Shown: positions 13,214 to 26,290, numbered from the stretch's first letter. The stretch: DNA of 64,000 nt from Octopus sinensis (GCF_006345805.1 NC_043014.1:24552001-24616000), one strand, 5' to 3'. Numbers and translations: made by a program. The notes: generated by a model not told the origin, from the letters alone.

Positions 13214-13774
13214 TTATATATATATATATATATCTCCCTTTCACCGTTCCTTCTCTCTTGCTCCTCCTCCTCCCTCTCGTCGCTGACACGTGACCAGAGG
13301 GTTACTTTCTTTCTGACTACTGCCTTCAACAAGTTTACACAGCTTATCCTGTCCCTCTCGTAAGCTGTTTTCTCAAAGCGTTCAAATTAATTTTTCCTTT
13401 CGTCTCGACTTAACAGCCCTTATCGTTTGTTTTTACTGTGTTATTCTCCTTGTCCTGTCTTTAACTGTTTTTATTTGTATTGTTTTTACTGTCTTTTTTA
13501 GTTTTTACTGTCCTGTTCTTGTTACCACTTTTACCCCTCCGCAAAAAAATCGTGTCTTGCCTTTACCTTCGAAACACGGAGTAGTCGAAGCAGGGACAGC
13601 TGAAGAAGGGGAATATTCCTTGTGCTGTATGTCTTGTACTCTGCTTTTTCGTTGTTTGAAAAAGTCCGTTTCCATGTTTTTGTTTCTCATTGTGTTATAC
13701 GTTTTTTTGGTGTCCTGTACCCATATATGCATGTACATATAGATGTAGGTATGTACATATATGTATTTTTTTTT

Positions 13775-13986
13775 TGTACTTGTTTCAGTCATTTTGACTG
13801 CGGCCATGCTGGAGCACCGCCTTTTAGAGTGGTGAAAGAGTACAGCAAGGATCACCACCTCCTGCCGGAGCCTCGTGGAGCTTTTAGGTATTTTCGCTCA
13901 ATAAACACACAACGCCCGGTCAGGGAATCGAAACCGCGATCCTCCGACCGCAAGTCCGCTGCCCTAACCACTAGGCCATTGCGCCT
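13775..13986 (-). mobile_element. tRNA-derived SINE
   Basis: Minus strand: A box TGGCCTAGTGG, B box GTTTCGATTCC, and tail GGCGGTGCTCCAGCATGGCCGCAGTC...TGACTGAAACAAGT. Confidence 0.85.
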
Positions 13987-14039
13987 GTATATATGCATAT
14001 GTTTTATTTATTATTTTGTTATTATATTTATATGTATGT

Positions 14040-15175
14040 ATAAGAAACCACAGTGTACGTATGCTGCTATATTTGTATAAAAAGGAATACCAAAAATGGG
14101 ACAAGAATGCAAAACATCCAGACAGAGCATACAAAAAAGGAACAACAAAACATCCAGACAGACAATACAAATAAAAACACGGACGGATCATTTGGAGTTT
14201 TCTTTCGTCAGTCAAGTTTCAGATTATCTTTGCAATTTTGGCTGGTTATACTTGAGATTGCTCCAATCTGGCCAGCCCCGAGGAAAAACTAAGCTGAGAG
14301 CACTAGATTCCTTGGAAGAAAGCAGCAAATGTATACAAAAACAAGGACGGAAAAAACAGAAAAATGGTACACAAACACAAATGCAACTGAAGGACATTAA
14401 CAACAGGTGTCTTTCGACTAAGGACGAATTAAATTAAGCCGGCTTGTGTGGAAGTGAAGCCTTACAGCAAGCACATAAGTGATGACAGGCATAGGGAGGA
14501 AAATAGATTTTGCACGGATGGTAGTTGAATCAAAAAAGAAAGGTCAGTGGCTGAACACCAGTCACGTGGAGAGAGAAGAGAGAGCGGTAGAGGCAGAGGA
14601 ATAGAAGAATTAGGGAGGGACGAAAAAAACAGAAAAGGGATAGAGTGAGGTGAAAGAGGAGGGAAGGTGAGAATGAAGAGAAAGCTAGGAAATATGAGAG
14701 AGGGGGAACGAAAGAAAGAAGAGTGGAAAGAACGAAGCGTGAAGAGGCTGATAGAAAGAAGGAAAGAATAATAGAGTCATACAACATTTATATTTATATA
14801 TGTACTTACATATAAGAGCCGAAAGTGTACGTATGGTGCTATATTTATATAAAAAAGAATAACAAAAATTTGTCCTTGGTCAAAAGACACCTGTTGTTAA
14901 TGTCCTTTATTTGTATTTGTGTACCATTTCTCCGATTTTTCCGTCCTTGTTTTCATATACATTTGCTGCTTTCTTCCAAGGAATTGAGTGCTCTTAGCTT
15001 AGTTCTTCCTTGAGGCTGGTCCGATTGGAGCAATCTCGAGTAAAACCAGCCGAAATTTCAAAGATAATCTGGAACTCGGCTGAAGAAAGAAAACTCTGAA
15101 TGACCCGTCTGTGTTTTTTTGTATTGTCTGTCTGGATGTTTTACATTCTTGTCCCATTTTCGGTATTCCTTTTTA

Positions 15176-15180
<5 letters not shown>
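14040..15180. repeat. Inverted repeat (~14082-14430 vs ~14866-15178) with a short direct repeat, PLE pseudo-LTR-like
   Basis: Arms are reverse complements. 14040-14090 recurs directly at ~14812-14860. A degenerate HHR-like stem GGCTGG/CCAGCC-GAAA is present. A related fragment lies at ~56480-56590. Confidence 0.75.
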
Positions 15181-15212
<32 letters not shown>

Positions 15213-15224
15213 TGATGATGATGA

Positions 15225-15313
<89 letters not shown>

Positions 15314-15360
15314 ATATATAGTTCTATATTTAAGAGTTGAGGAAATATGTACATTAATTG

Positions 15361-15746
15361 TATTATTTACAATTGATGGATATTTGTCCTCATCTTGTTT
15401 GTTGTTAACAACGTTTCATCTGATATACCCTCCAGCCTTCATCAAGTGTCTTGGGGAAATTTCAAACCTGGGTTCTCATTCCTAAGGTATTTTTCGATGT
15501 TGTTGTTGTTGTTGTTGTTATTTAGGTCACTGCCTAGAATCAAACTTGGAATCTTGGGGTTAGTAGCCCCGTGCTTTTAACCAATACGCCATATAATAAC
15601 AACAACAACAACATCGAAAAATACCTTAGGAATGAGAACCCAAGTTCTTATTCCCCAAGACACCTGATGAAGGCTGGAGGGTATATCAGATGAAACGTGT
15701 TAACAACAAACAAGATGAGGACAAATATCCATCAATTGTAAATAAT
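15361..15746 (-). mobile_element. tRNA-headed SINE-like element with an HHR-bearing tail and an inverted copy of that tail upstream
   Basis: Minus 15591-15524: TGGCGTATTGG (A box), GGGG-CTACTAA-CCCC stem-loop, GTTTGATTC (B box). Then (AAC)n and tail ACAC-TTGATGA-AGGCTG..CAGAT-GAAAC-GTT. Plus 15594-15746 is the same tail inverted, with core CTGATGA at 15664-15670. Confidence 0.75.
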
Positions 15747-15763
15747 GTATGTTTATATATGTA

Positions 15764-16715
15764 TGAGGGGTGTCTGAAAAGTTTTGAGCCTCATAAAAAA
15801 CAAAACATAGTACAAGACTGCTGAGGATTTATTTTACAACATAGTCCCCTTTGATGGCTGAACACTTTCTCCAGTGGTGCTGAAGTGCCATTATCCTGGC
15901 GTAGAGGAACTCTTTTGTTTGAGACTCTAAGAAACTTCCTACAGTGTCTATGACGTCGTCATTGTCAGTGGCAAAATGGCAACCAGCCAGGGCTTTTTTC
16001 ATTTTGGGGAATACATGAAAGTCAGAGGGGGCTAAGTAAGGCAGATGGGGAACAAGTTTGTATCCACAATCACGAATTGTTGCCATGGTAACCACTGAGG
16101 TGTGGGCTGGAGCATTATCATGATGAAAAAGGACACCTCTGGTGAGCATTCCTGGCCTTTTTTCTTTACTTCCTGGAGGCATTACAGTAGCTGAGAATAA
16201 TACAGCCCTATCACGGTGTGACCCTTTTCAAGGTAATCGATCAACAAGACACCTTGAGAATCCCCAAAAGCTGACGCCATGACCTTTCCAGCTGAAGGAA
16301 TGACCTGGCCTTCCTTGGGGTAGGAGAAGATGTGTGCTTCCACTGCTTTGATTGTTCTTTGGTTTCAGGTTGGCAGTGATAAACCCAACTTTCACCCATA
16401 GTAATAAAACGAGCAAGAAAATTCTCTTCATCGGCTTCAAACAGTTCCAATTTGCTCGTGGACAAAGTGCACCTGGTGTGTTTCTGTTTGGGAGTCAAAA
16501 GGCGAGGGACCCACCTTTGAGAACCCAAGTTCTTTTCTCACAATGCTGTCTGCTCTTTCAATTGAGATGCCCAGTCTCTAAGCTATCTGGTGACATGATA
16601 TTTGATGATCTTGCATTATCATACCAAGAGCAAGGTCAATGTTGTCCTCAGTGGTTGCAGTTGGAGGCCTCCCTAGTGTGGGATCATCTTCCACACTCTC
16701 CCTGCTACGCTGGAA
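15764..16715 (-). mobile_element. Mariner transposon, 5'-truncated and decayed
   Basis: TA followed by the TIR TGAGGGGTGTCTGAAAAGTT at 15764; WVPRLL, TMGESWVYH, HHDNAPAH and HLPY-LAPSDFH motifs. Confidence 0.9.
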
Positions 16716-17141
16716 TTTAATTCTAAGTTTATAATGAAGTTTTTTAATCATTTATGAGTGTTAAACTAAAACCAGTATGGTATATTCGTTCCTATTTGGT
16801 TAAATATATATTTTGTAAAGATATCTTAGACTAATTATATATTAAGAAATGGAAGTGAGATAATCAAGGTGAACCGAATAGTTTCTTTAGGGACATAGGA
16901 TTCATACTATTTAGTATTCTTACTATTTGGGATTCATACTATTTAGGATTCCAACTATTTAGATTCATACAGTTTAATTTTAGAAAAAAGAAGAATTCAA
17001 TTTTAAGTTTGCAGTGAAGTTTTTTTAGTCATCTATGAATGTTAAATTGAAAGCCAGTATAGTATATTCCTTCTTATTTGGTTATAAAGAATTAAAATTT
17101 GAAAAATATAGGAATATTCACAAAATTATTATCTAAAATAT

Positions 17142-20100
17142 TTAAACATTCGGGTTGTACGATGTATACAAGATACCCAACTCCAGACGATTATTCAACA
17201 GATTTGTATTACTCTGATGTTTCAAAATTTCATAAGTTTCCATAGAACAAAGTTTACAACCATCCCTACTATTTCTCAACCATTGTTGGGATTTTTCTTT
17301 GTCTATTTCTTTTGCGTTTAGTTTAGTCCAGTATTTACCATGAAGGGGCTTTTCTTGCCATCGTTTTATCATGGTTCGTTGATGTTCTATTTTTAGTTTG
17401 GATTTCATTTGTTTTATAGCTTTTGTTGTTTCTTCATCTTCTTCTTCTTCTTATTCATATTTATTAGGTGGTTTGATTTCTTGTTTGTATTTGTCAGCTT
17501 CCTTAAATACTGAGAACAGTTTTTTGTTTTGCTCATGTTTTGCTGCTATTTGTATCAGTTTTCCTTCCTTCTGAAGTAGATATTTTTGCAGTCCTATGGT
17601 GGTTATTTTATAGTAGTTTTCCAGCTGTATAAGACCTCTACCACCTTCTATACGTTGTATATATAGTCTTTCTATGTCAGATTTTGGGTGATGCATCCTA
17701 GATCCTGTCATTATTTTTCTTGTTTTCCTATCCATTTTGGTCAGTTCATTTAGTGTAGCTGTAACTTATAACTAGGTCAGTTCATTTAGTGTAGCTGTAA
17801 CTTATAACTAGGACAGCTAAAGTGTTAATACCTATTATCTTGTTTTTAGCATTGAGCTCTGTTTTTAGTATTGATCTAACTCGTCTATAATATTCTTTTT
17901 TTATTTTCTCTTTCATTTGTGTGTGTTGTGTCTTATCTAGTTCATGGATTCCTAAGTATTTGTAAGTTTGGTTTTGGTCTAATTCTTTTATTTCATTGGT
18001 TTTATCTAGTGTGATGTTGCTACTCTTAACTAGTTTTCCTCTTTTCAGGGTTACTTTGGCGCATTTTTCTAATCCAAATTTCATATCTATTTCTTTGGTA
18101 AATCCATGAACTGTCTTTAATAGTGTTTCCAGCTGTTTGTCATTTGCAGCGTATAGTTTTAGGTCATCCATATATAAAAGGTGGCTGATCGTTTTGCCGT
18201 AACATTTATATCCGCATCCAGTTCTATTTAGCATATCAGATAGAGGTGACTGCCAAGCAGAAAAGGAGTAGAGAGAGCGGGTCTCCCTGGAATATTCCTC
18301 TTCTAATGGGGATGGCTTTGGTTTTCATGAGTCCCTCTTTTGTTTGGAGCTGTAGCACTGTTTGCCATTTATTCATACAGTGCCCTATGAATTTTATAAT
18401 TGTTGGTGCTACTTTGTTAATGGCTAGTGTTTCGAGGATCCATGTGTGGGGGATGCTATCAAATGCCTTTTTGTAGTCGATCCAGGCCATACTGAGGCCT
18501 TTCTTCTTTCTGTGGCTGTCTTCAGTTATGGCTTTATTAATCATTAGTTGATCTTTACAGCCATATGAGCCTTTGCGGCATCCTTTCTGCTCTTCTGGAA
18601 ACAGGTTGTTTTCGTCCAGGTGCTTGTTCAACCTTTGCGATATCACTGCAGTAAATGCCTTGTACATTGTAGGGAGACAGGTTATTGGTCTGTAGTTTTC
18701 TGGTTTTGCTGTCTCATTTGATTTGGAAATTAAGATGGTTTTCCCCTTCGTGAGCCATTCAGGCATTGTCTCTGGCTCTGCTAGTATGTTGTTAAAATTT
18801 TCAGCCAGTTTTTTGTGCATTCCTGTTAGATATTTCAACCAGAAGTTGGGGATCTTGTCATGCCCAGGTGCCTTCCAGTTGCTTAGTCTTTGCAGTACCT
18901 GGGTGACCTCTTCAGTTGTTATGGGGGTCCAAAGTTGCTCAGATGCTGAGTTTGTTGTTTTAATACTCCTTTTTTTTGGTTGTTCATTCGCCGACCATAT
19001 TTCTCTCCAGAATTCTTCCACTTCTTCTGCCGTTGGTGCTGCAGTGATTTCTATTTTATTTTTGCCAAGTTCTTGGTAGAACTTTTTGGGGTTGGAGTTG
19101 AACTTTTTGTTTTGTTCAAAGAAGCGCTGGCATTTCTCGTATCGGCGGATCCTTTGTGCTTTGGCAAGGATATCTTGCTTCAGTTTTTCTTTTATCTCAG
19201 GTAAATCTTTTTGTGTGATGTTGTATTTGCGGAGTATTTTTGTTTTCTTTTTGTTGCTCAGTAGCGTTGATTGTCTACTGATTTCATTAAGAATCGACAG
19301 ATCTTTTCTCATTTTTTGTATTTTGTTTTGGATGTTATTTATCCACAGGGTTTGTTTGGGTGGTGGTACTCCTGTTTGGATGGGTTTGAGTGAGTATCCA
19401 GCTTCTTTTGTGGCTGCAGTGGCTGCTGCGTATACTAAGTCATTTAGCTCAGTGATATCGCTTTTTGTTTCAGTGGCTATTAGTTCCGTGACGGCTAGGT
19501 TTATGTTGTTTATAATTGGTGTTGTTGTTTCATCTATTTTGATTTTTGGGAGGTATGGTCGGTGGTCCATTTTGAGCTCTGTGGTTTTCAGTTCTTTGAT
19601 TATTTTAGTTTTTATATTATCATAATCATTAGGCTCCCCTTCGTTGTTTCCAGGTTTTAGATTTGTGTCGCTTTCTTTCTTATATATTTGTTTGTCGTGT
19701 TTTGGCTTGCTGTTTGTCGTATATTATTATGCATCCTTACGGTCTGGGTTTGTTGTTTTTTGTTTACATCGTGTTTGTTGGGAATGTTACGTTTGTCTTC
19801 GTGTTTGACTGTTTCAGTGTTTATATTATTGGGCATTGCTGTGTGGCTTCTATCTACATTTTCCTGGTGTATTTTTTTCTTTTAGATGTTCTATTTCTAT
19901 TTCTGATATTTTTTTTGCGTTGAGAATGTATCTTCGTACGTTAGCTAGTTTATTGCTGTATCCAAGTCTATATTTATGTTATTTTCCTTCCATATTTTAT
20001 ATGTATGTGTTATTGTGTTTTCATTTTTTGGGTAGAGCACTGCTATGAAGTATGCATGTAGGATAGAAATGTATTCCTCACGTGTCCATTTATGTCTTTT

Positions 20101-20730
20101 GGGTTTTATTTGCGGGACATGAGGAACAATGTCCGGCCCATTATTTTGATGGTCGTCATTTTCATAGGGTACCGGTCCGTTCATTTCTGTTGTCACATTG
20201 TTTTGCACATGTAGTTTTTCGTACATTTTGTGTTGTAAGTTTAAAGTACGTACTTCCCGATTGTTATGGGTTGAATATTATCGGTGGTATTTAATTTCTT
20301 CGTAGTTTTTTTGTACATGGTGTTTGGGGTCGGGGATGATCTGGTGTTGATGGATTGTAATGTATCACGCATGTTTACATGTGTTGTGTTAGAGGTGGAG
20401 ATGATATCGAGTTAAAATACATAATTTCGTTTCGAAAATAGTAATAAATTTCAATGAGTATTACTTACTCGGATATAGTCCAATCCTTTGTTAGTAAATT
20501 TTTGGCTCCATACGATGTCTTTGTTTTCGATGTTTGTGGATAGATTTCGGAGCTCTGTTTTATCGTTCTTACATCTTAAACGTCTCCTGTGTTCCCATTC
20601 TTAAACGTCCCCGGTGTTCCCATCTCTTAAACGTCCCCGGTGTTCCCATCTTTTAAACGTCCCCGGTGTTCCCATCTCTTAAACATCCCCGGTGTTCCCA
20701 TTCTTAAACGTCCCCGGTGTTCCCATCTCT
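17142..20730 (-). mobile_element. R4/Dong-clade non-LTR retrotransposon (decayed, endonuclease region largely deleted)
   Basis: KWTREE N-terminus, WKAPGHDKI, NYRPITCLPTMYK, AWIDYKKAFDSIPH, GIFQGDPLS, HLLYMDDLKLY, RLYIQRIEGGRGL, WQEKPLHG; the 5' end abuts a (TTA)n(TTG)n tract. Confidence 0.9.
20575..20730. repeat. Six 25-26-bp tandem units at the 5' end of the R4-like element
   Basis: CTTAAACGTCCCCGGTGTTCCCAT(C)T repeated six times. Confidence 0.9.
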
Positions 20731-21552
20731 TATTATTATTATTATTATTATTGTTGTTGTTGTTGTTGTTGTTATTATAATCTTTGAATATCTTCTTTCT
20801 TTGATTTTCCCTCTACCATTTTTCTTAGTATATATTTTGACCCATAATAGGTTCACTTGATTAATAAGGCTTTTTCCCCCAGTTAATAAATACTATGCCC
20901 ACTCATTATAAGTGATAGTCTTTTTCTCCAAATTGAATAAATTTTAGATTTATATTTTTTCCTTTATTCTAACGTATCAAAGTACTTGGAACTTATTGAC
21001 CAACTGTTGTGATGATGTGCATAGTGTTTGTAAGGTCTCTGCATTCTCTGTGACCACGGTCTCTGCATTAATGTGACCACTTGACATTGACCTACTTCTC
21101 CTAATGCCGAATCTATTCATCAAATAGTAGTAATTGGCATTTAGTAGTGACAATGCTGTCTTCTACATAAATTCCTTATATGGAGCTCTGAAATCCCCTT
21201 TACCCCATTTCTATAATTAGAAAATCTTTATTGTCTCCTTCCACTTATTCTTCCCTCTCAGAACCTTACAGTAGTCTGGAACAACCGAATCTTTGTCAGT
21301 CAGTTGATGGGCTCCACTACCTCAAATGTTCTTAAAATTTAAATCCACATCTTTGTCTATATATCTACCTTCTCTATAATGTTGCCACTTGATATGAAAA
21401 TTTTTGTATTAATGAAAAACCTCTATAATTGGCTGATGAGTGCTCAGCATTTTAAAACTGTTGCAATACTTACAACATTTAATAAAATGATGTAGTATGA
21501 AACGATCGTACCAAACTACCAGAGTCATTCTTGTTGCTTATTTTGATTATAC

Positions 21553-21650
21553 TCACCCCACGGATTTTTATGGATAACACCATACAGAATTCTGGTGCAT
21601 CTAAATTAAGTACCATATTCATTTGAATCTAAATTTTTGCTGAACTTATA
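21553..21650 (-). repeat. Inverted partner of 13117-13213
   Basis: Reverse-complement match to 13117-13213. Confidence 0.85.
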
Positions 21651-21805
21651 TATGTATATATATATGAATGTATATGTATATGTATGAATGTATATGTATA
21701 TATATGTATGTATATGTATATGTATATATATATGTATATGTATATATATGTATGTATATGTATATATGTGTATATATGTATATATATATGTATGTATATA
21801 TGTAT

Positions 21806-23743
21806 CAGAGATTTAGGGACATGCTCATCAAGAAACTTGATGAGAGGGAGGAGGAGCTACAGACGTCGGACATAGAAGGTAGCTGGAAATTCCTACGGGA
21901 CAGCTTGCTGAGTGCCACAGACCAAGTCTGTGGATGGTGCAAAGTCCCTTCCAGACCTAGAGTTACGTGGTGGTGGAATAGTACAGTAGACAAAGCCATT
22001 AGTGCAAAGAAACAGGCCTGGAAAGCCTGGAGGAATGGGGGTAGCAGGGAACTGTACCAGGTAGCCAAAAGGGAGGCTGGGCGGCTGGTATACATAGCCA
22101 AAGATGTAGCAGAAAAGAAGAACTTTGCCAATGTCCAGTGATGTGAGGACCAAAGAACCGAGGTATTTCGGATTGCTAGACAGTGTGTGAGAGAAAATAG
22201 TGATGTTACAGGAGAGAAATGTGTCCGCATGGATGATGGTGCACTTGCTTTTAATGATGGTGAAAAGAAAGAGGCTTGGAGAAGCCATTATGAAAGACTG
22301 CTGAATGTGGAGAATGAATGGGAGGAGGAGAGCCTGCCAAATGTTGACCTAGTAGAGGGACCAGCTATTCGAATCACTACCGGAACTAGAAACGAAATTT
22401 CGGGTGTGGAAGCAAGGTTTAGAATCAAAGGGCCTTAGAGTAAATGTAGCAAAGACCAAAGTTATAGTAAGCAGAAAGGTGAACTCAGCCCCCCCCCTCG
22501 GGCAGGTGGCCCTGCTCGATCTGTAGGAAAGGTGTAGGTAGAAATTCCATAAGATGTACCCAGTGTAAGCTATGGACGCATAAGAGGTGCAGCAACATCA
22601 AAGGGAAATTAACTGATAAGATAGCTTTCATGTGCAGCAGATGCACAGGGACAATAGCCACCACAGATACTCAGAGAACAGATTCCATCACACTCCAGGG
22701 GGAGAAACTAGAAGTAGTTGATAGTTTCCACTACCTAGGTGACCAAGTTAGTAGTGGAGGTGGATGCTCAGAGAGTGTCACCACTAGAATACGAATAGCC
22801 TGGGCAAAGTTTAGAAAGCTTCTACTCCTACTGGTGACAAAGGGTCTCTCGCTCAGAGTGAAAGGTAGATTGTATGATGCATGTGTGCGAACTGCCATGC
22901 CTCACGGTAGTGAAACATGGGCTGTGACTGCAGAGGACATGCGTAGACTTGAAAGAAATGAAGCTAACATGATCCGCTGGATGTGTAATGTCAGTGTGCG
23001 TGCACGACAGAGTGTAAGCACCCTGAGAGAAATACTGGACATAAGCATCAGATGTGGTGTGCAAGAGCGATGGTATGGTCATGTACTGCGGATGAATGAG
23101 GAGAGATGTGTGAAGAAGTGCCCCTCCCAAACAGTTGACGGTATCAGGGGGAGAGGTAGACCCAGGAAGACATGGGATGAGGTAGTCAAGCATGACCTCA
23201 GAGCGTTGGGCCTCACATAGGCAATGACGAAGGACCGAGATCTCTGGAGATATGCTGTGACTGCAAAGACCCGGGCTGCTTCCTGCACCAGTTGCGCATA
23301 GCCCCTGCCCATTCAAAGTACCTTGAATTCCAGAATAACCCGCTGTGCTTGAGGAGACCTATTGAGTCAAGTACATGAACATTGAAATAAATATCAATGG
23401 AAATAGTAGTTGTGATACCTGTACCGGTGGCACGTAAAAAGTACCATCCGAACATGGCCGATGCCAGTGCCACCTCGACTGGCTTCCGTGCTGGTAGCAC
23501 ATTAAAAGCACCAACCGATCGTGGCCGCTGCCAGCCTACTCTGGCACCTGTGCCGGTGGCACGTAAAAAGCACCCACTACACTCACGGAGTGGTTGGCGT
23601 TAGGAAGGGCATCCAGCTGTAGAAACACTGCCAGATCAGACTGGAGCCTGGTGCAGCCTCCTGGCTTCCCAGACCCCAGTCGATCCGTCCAACCCGTGCT
23701 AGCAAAGAAAATGGACGTTAAACGATGATGATGATGATGATGA
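21806..23743 (+). mobile_element. 5'-truncated RTE LINE with a ~700-bp internal deletion
   Basis: Colinear with 52877-55493 apart from a jump at GAAT (22371-22374); YLGDQV...RIRIAWAKFR, GRGRPRKTW; (GAT)n tail. Confidence 0.92.
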
Positions 23744-23779
23744 TATATATATATATGTATATGTATCTATATATGTATA

Positions 23780-23992
23780 TCATCATCATCGTTTAACGTC
23801 CGCTTTCCATGCTAGCATGGATTGGACGAATGACTGAGGGCTGCACTAGGCTTCAATCTTGATCTGGAAGAGTTTCTACAGCTGGATGCCCTTCCTAATG
23901 CCAACCACTCTGAGAGTGTAGTGTGTGTTTTTACGGGCCACCAGTTAGGCGGTACTGGCAACAACCTCACTCGAATCTTTTACACATGCCAC
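23780..23992 (-). mobile_element. RTE 3' terminal fragment
   Basis: (CAT)n GTTTAACGTCCGC...GATGCCCTTCCTAATGCCAACC. Confidence 0.85.
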
Positions 23993-24085
23993 ATGCATAT
24001 ATATGTATATATATGTATATATATATGTATATGTATACATATATATGTAAATGTATATATGTGTATAAATGTATGTATATATATG

Positions 24086-24176
<91 letters not shown>

Positions 24177-24198
24177 GTATTTATATATATGTGTGTAT

Positions 24199-24605
24199 AG
24201 GCGCGGGAGTGGCTGTTTGGTAAGTAGCTTGCTAACCAACCATATGGTTCCGGGTTCAGTCCCACTGCGTGGCATCTTGGGCACGTGTCTTCTGCTATAG
24301 CCCCGGGCCGACCAATGCCTTGTGAGTGGATTTGGTAGACGGAAACTGAAAGAAGCCTGTCGTATATATGTATATATATATAAGTTTGTGTGAATATGTT
24401 TGTGTGTCTGTGTTTGTTCCCCTAGCATTGCTTGACAACCGATGCTGGTGTGTTTACGTCCCCGTAACTTAGCGGTTCGGCAAAAGAGACCGATAGAATA
24501 AGTACTGGGCTTACAAAGAATAAGTCCCGGGGTCGATTTGCTCGACTAAAGGCGGTGCTCCAGCATGGCCGCAGTCAAATGACTGAAACAAGTAAAAAGA
24601 GAAAA
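24199..24605 (+). mobile_element. Full-length tRNA-derived SINE
   Basis: Head TGGCTGTTTGG...GGTTCAGTCCC, central core, and tail GGCGGTGCTCCAGCATGGCCGCAGTC...CTGAAACAAGTAAAAAGAG. Confidence 0.88.
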
Positions 24606-24637
24606 AAAAGGGAGTATATATATATGTATATATATGT

Positions 24638-25028
24638 GAAGGTGCATGGCTCAGTGGTTTGAGTGTAGAGCTTACGATCGTGAGGTTGTGAGTTTCAATT
24701 CCTGGACCGGGCTGCGTGTTGTGTTCTTGAGCAAGACACTTTATTTGTCGTTGCTCGAGTTAACTCAGCAGTAGAAATGAGTTGTAACGTCACAGGTCCC
24801 AAGCAGTATTGGCCTTTGCCTTTTCCTTGTATAACATCAGTGGTGTGCAGAAGGGGGGATGGTATGCATGGCCGACTGCTAGCCTTCCACAAACAATCAT
24901 GCCCTGACTTGTACCTCAGAGGGTAAATATGTAGGTGGCGTCATTCGAAGTCTAAAACAATGCGAATACATTGTGACCAGCGATGTGTAGCAACATCTGA
25001 TGGTCTGGTCGGTCACGAGATCACGTGA
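24638..25028 (+). mobile_element. tRNA-derived SINE (second family)
   Basis: A box TGGCTCAGTGG, B-box-like GTTTCAATTCC, core GTGTTCTTGAGCAAGACACTT. Confidence 0.75.
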
Positions 25029-25059
25029 TATATGTATGTATGTATATATTGTATGTATG

Positions 25060-25095
<36 letters not shown>

Positions 25096-25180
25096 ATATA
25101 TATATAATATATATATATATGTATGTATATATATATGTATATATATATGTATGTATATATATATGTATATTGTATGTATG

Positions 25181-25211
<31 letters not shown>

Positions 25212-25609
25212 GTATGTATATATATATATGTATATATATATGTATATATGTATGTATGTATATATATATATATATATATAATATATAATATATATATATA
25301 TATACACACACACATATATATATACATATATATGTGTATGTATGTATGAGGACAATAAAGCATATGAACAGATAGATGCTACAAAGGCAGACAAGAGAAA
25401 CACCAATTAGAACAATAGGGAAAAAAAGACAGGTCATTCATGGCCTTCTTTCCTCAGTCATGTACCAGAATTCACGACCATTTTGGGCAGTTACACTTGA
25501 GACCGTTCGATCTGTTTGACCCCCAAAAAGCTAACAGCATTAGACCCCTTTGTAAGAAAGTTAACGAATGTGTACGGCAACAAAGACACAAAACAGAGAA
25601 CATATAAGT

Positions 25610-25856
25610 AGCACGTAAAAACACCTTTAGAGCGTGGTCGTTGCCAGAACCACCTGACATGCCCTTGTTCCAGTGGCACGTAAAAGCACCCACTACACTC
25701 TCGGACTGGTTGGCATTAGAAAGGGCATCAAGCTGTAGAAACTTTGCCAGATCAGATTGAGCCTGGTGCAGCCTTCTGGCTTACCAGTCTTCAGTCAAAC
25801 CGTCAAACCCATGACAGCATGGAAAGTGAATGTTAAACGATGATGATGATGTTGAT
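25610..25856 (+). mobile_element. RTE 3' terminal fragment
   Basis: AAAAGCACCCACTACACTCTCGG...GTTAAACGATGATGAT. Confidence 0.85.
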
Positions 25857-25952
25857 GTTATATATATATATGTATATATATATACACACACATATATGTA
25901 TACACACACACATATATCTATATACACGCATATATGTATATACATACATACA

Positions 25953-25988
<36 letters not shown>

Positions 25989-26242
25989 TATATATATGTA
26001 TGTACACACGCACACACATATATATATATATGTATATATAGATATGCATGTACATATATATATGTATATATATTTATATATGCATGTTATATATATGTAT
26101 ATATAGATATGCATGTACATATATTTATGTATATATATTTAGATATGCATGTACATATACATATGTATATATATTTATATATGTATATATTTATATACAT
26201 ATATATAAATATATTCATATATAAATATATATGTATACATGT

Positions 26243-26290
<48 letters not shown>

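Noticed and set aside
13555-13630. GAAAC...CTGAAGAAGGGG hammerhead-like pieces
   Set aside because: The GAAA after stem II is missing and stem I is out of register; at best a decayed remnant, so it was not counted.
13910-13986. tRNA genes (also 15524-15591, 24199-24275, 24638-24710)
   Set aside because: These heads lack a complete acceptor stem and run into SINE bodies; they are SINE promoters, not tRNA genes.
21469-21517. Possible 42-nt minus-strand exon ending ...LLNV|gtaagt as the upstream SLC35C1 exon
   Set aside because: The peptide FGTIVSYYIILLNV does not resemble the expected YxVGRSLTTVFNV beyond NV, and the acceptor is weak.
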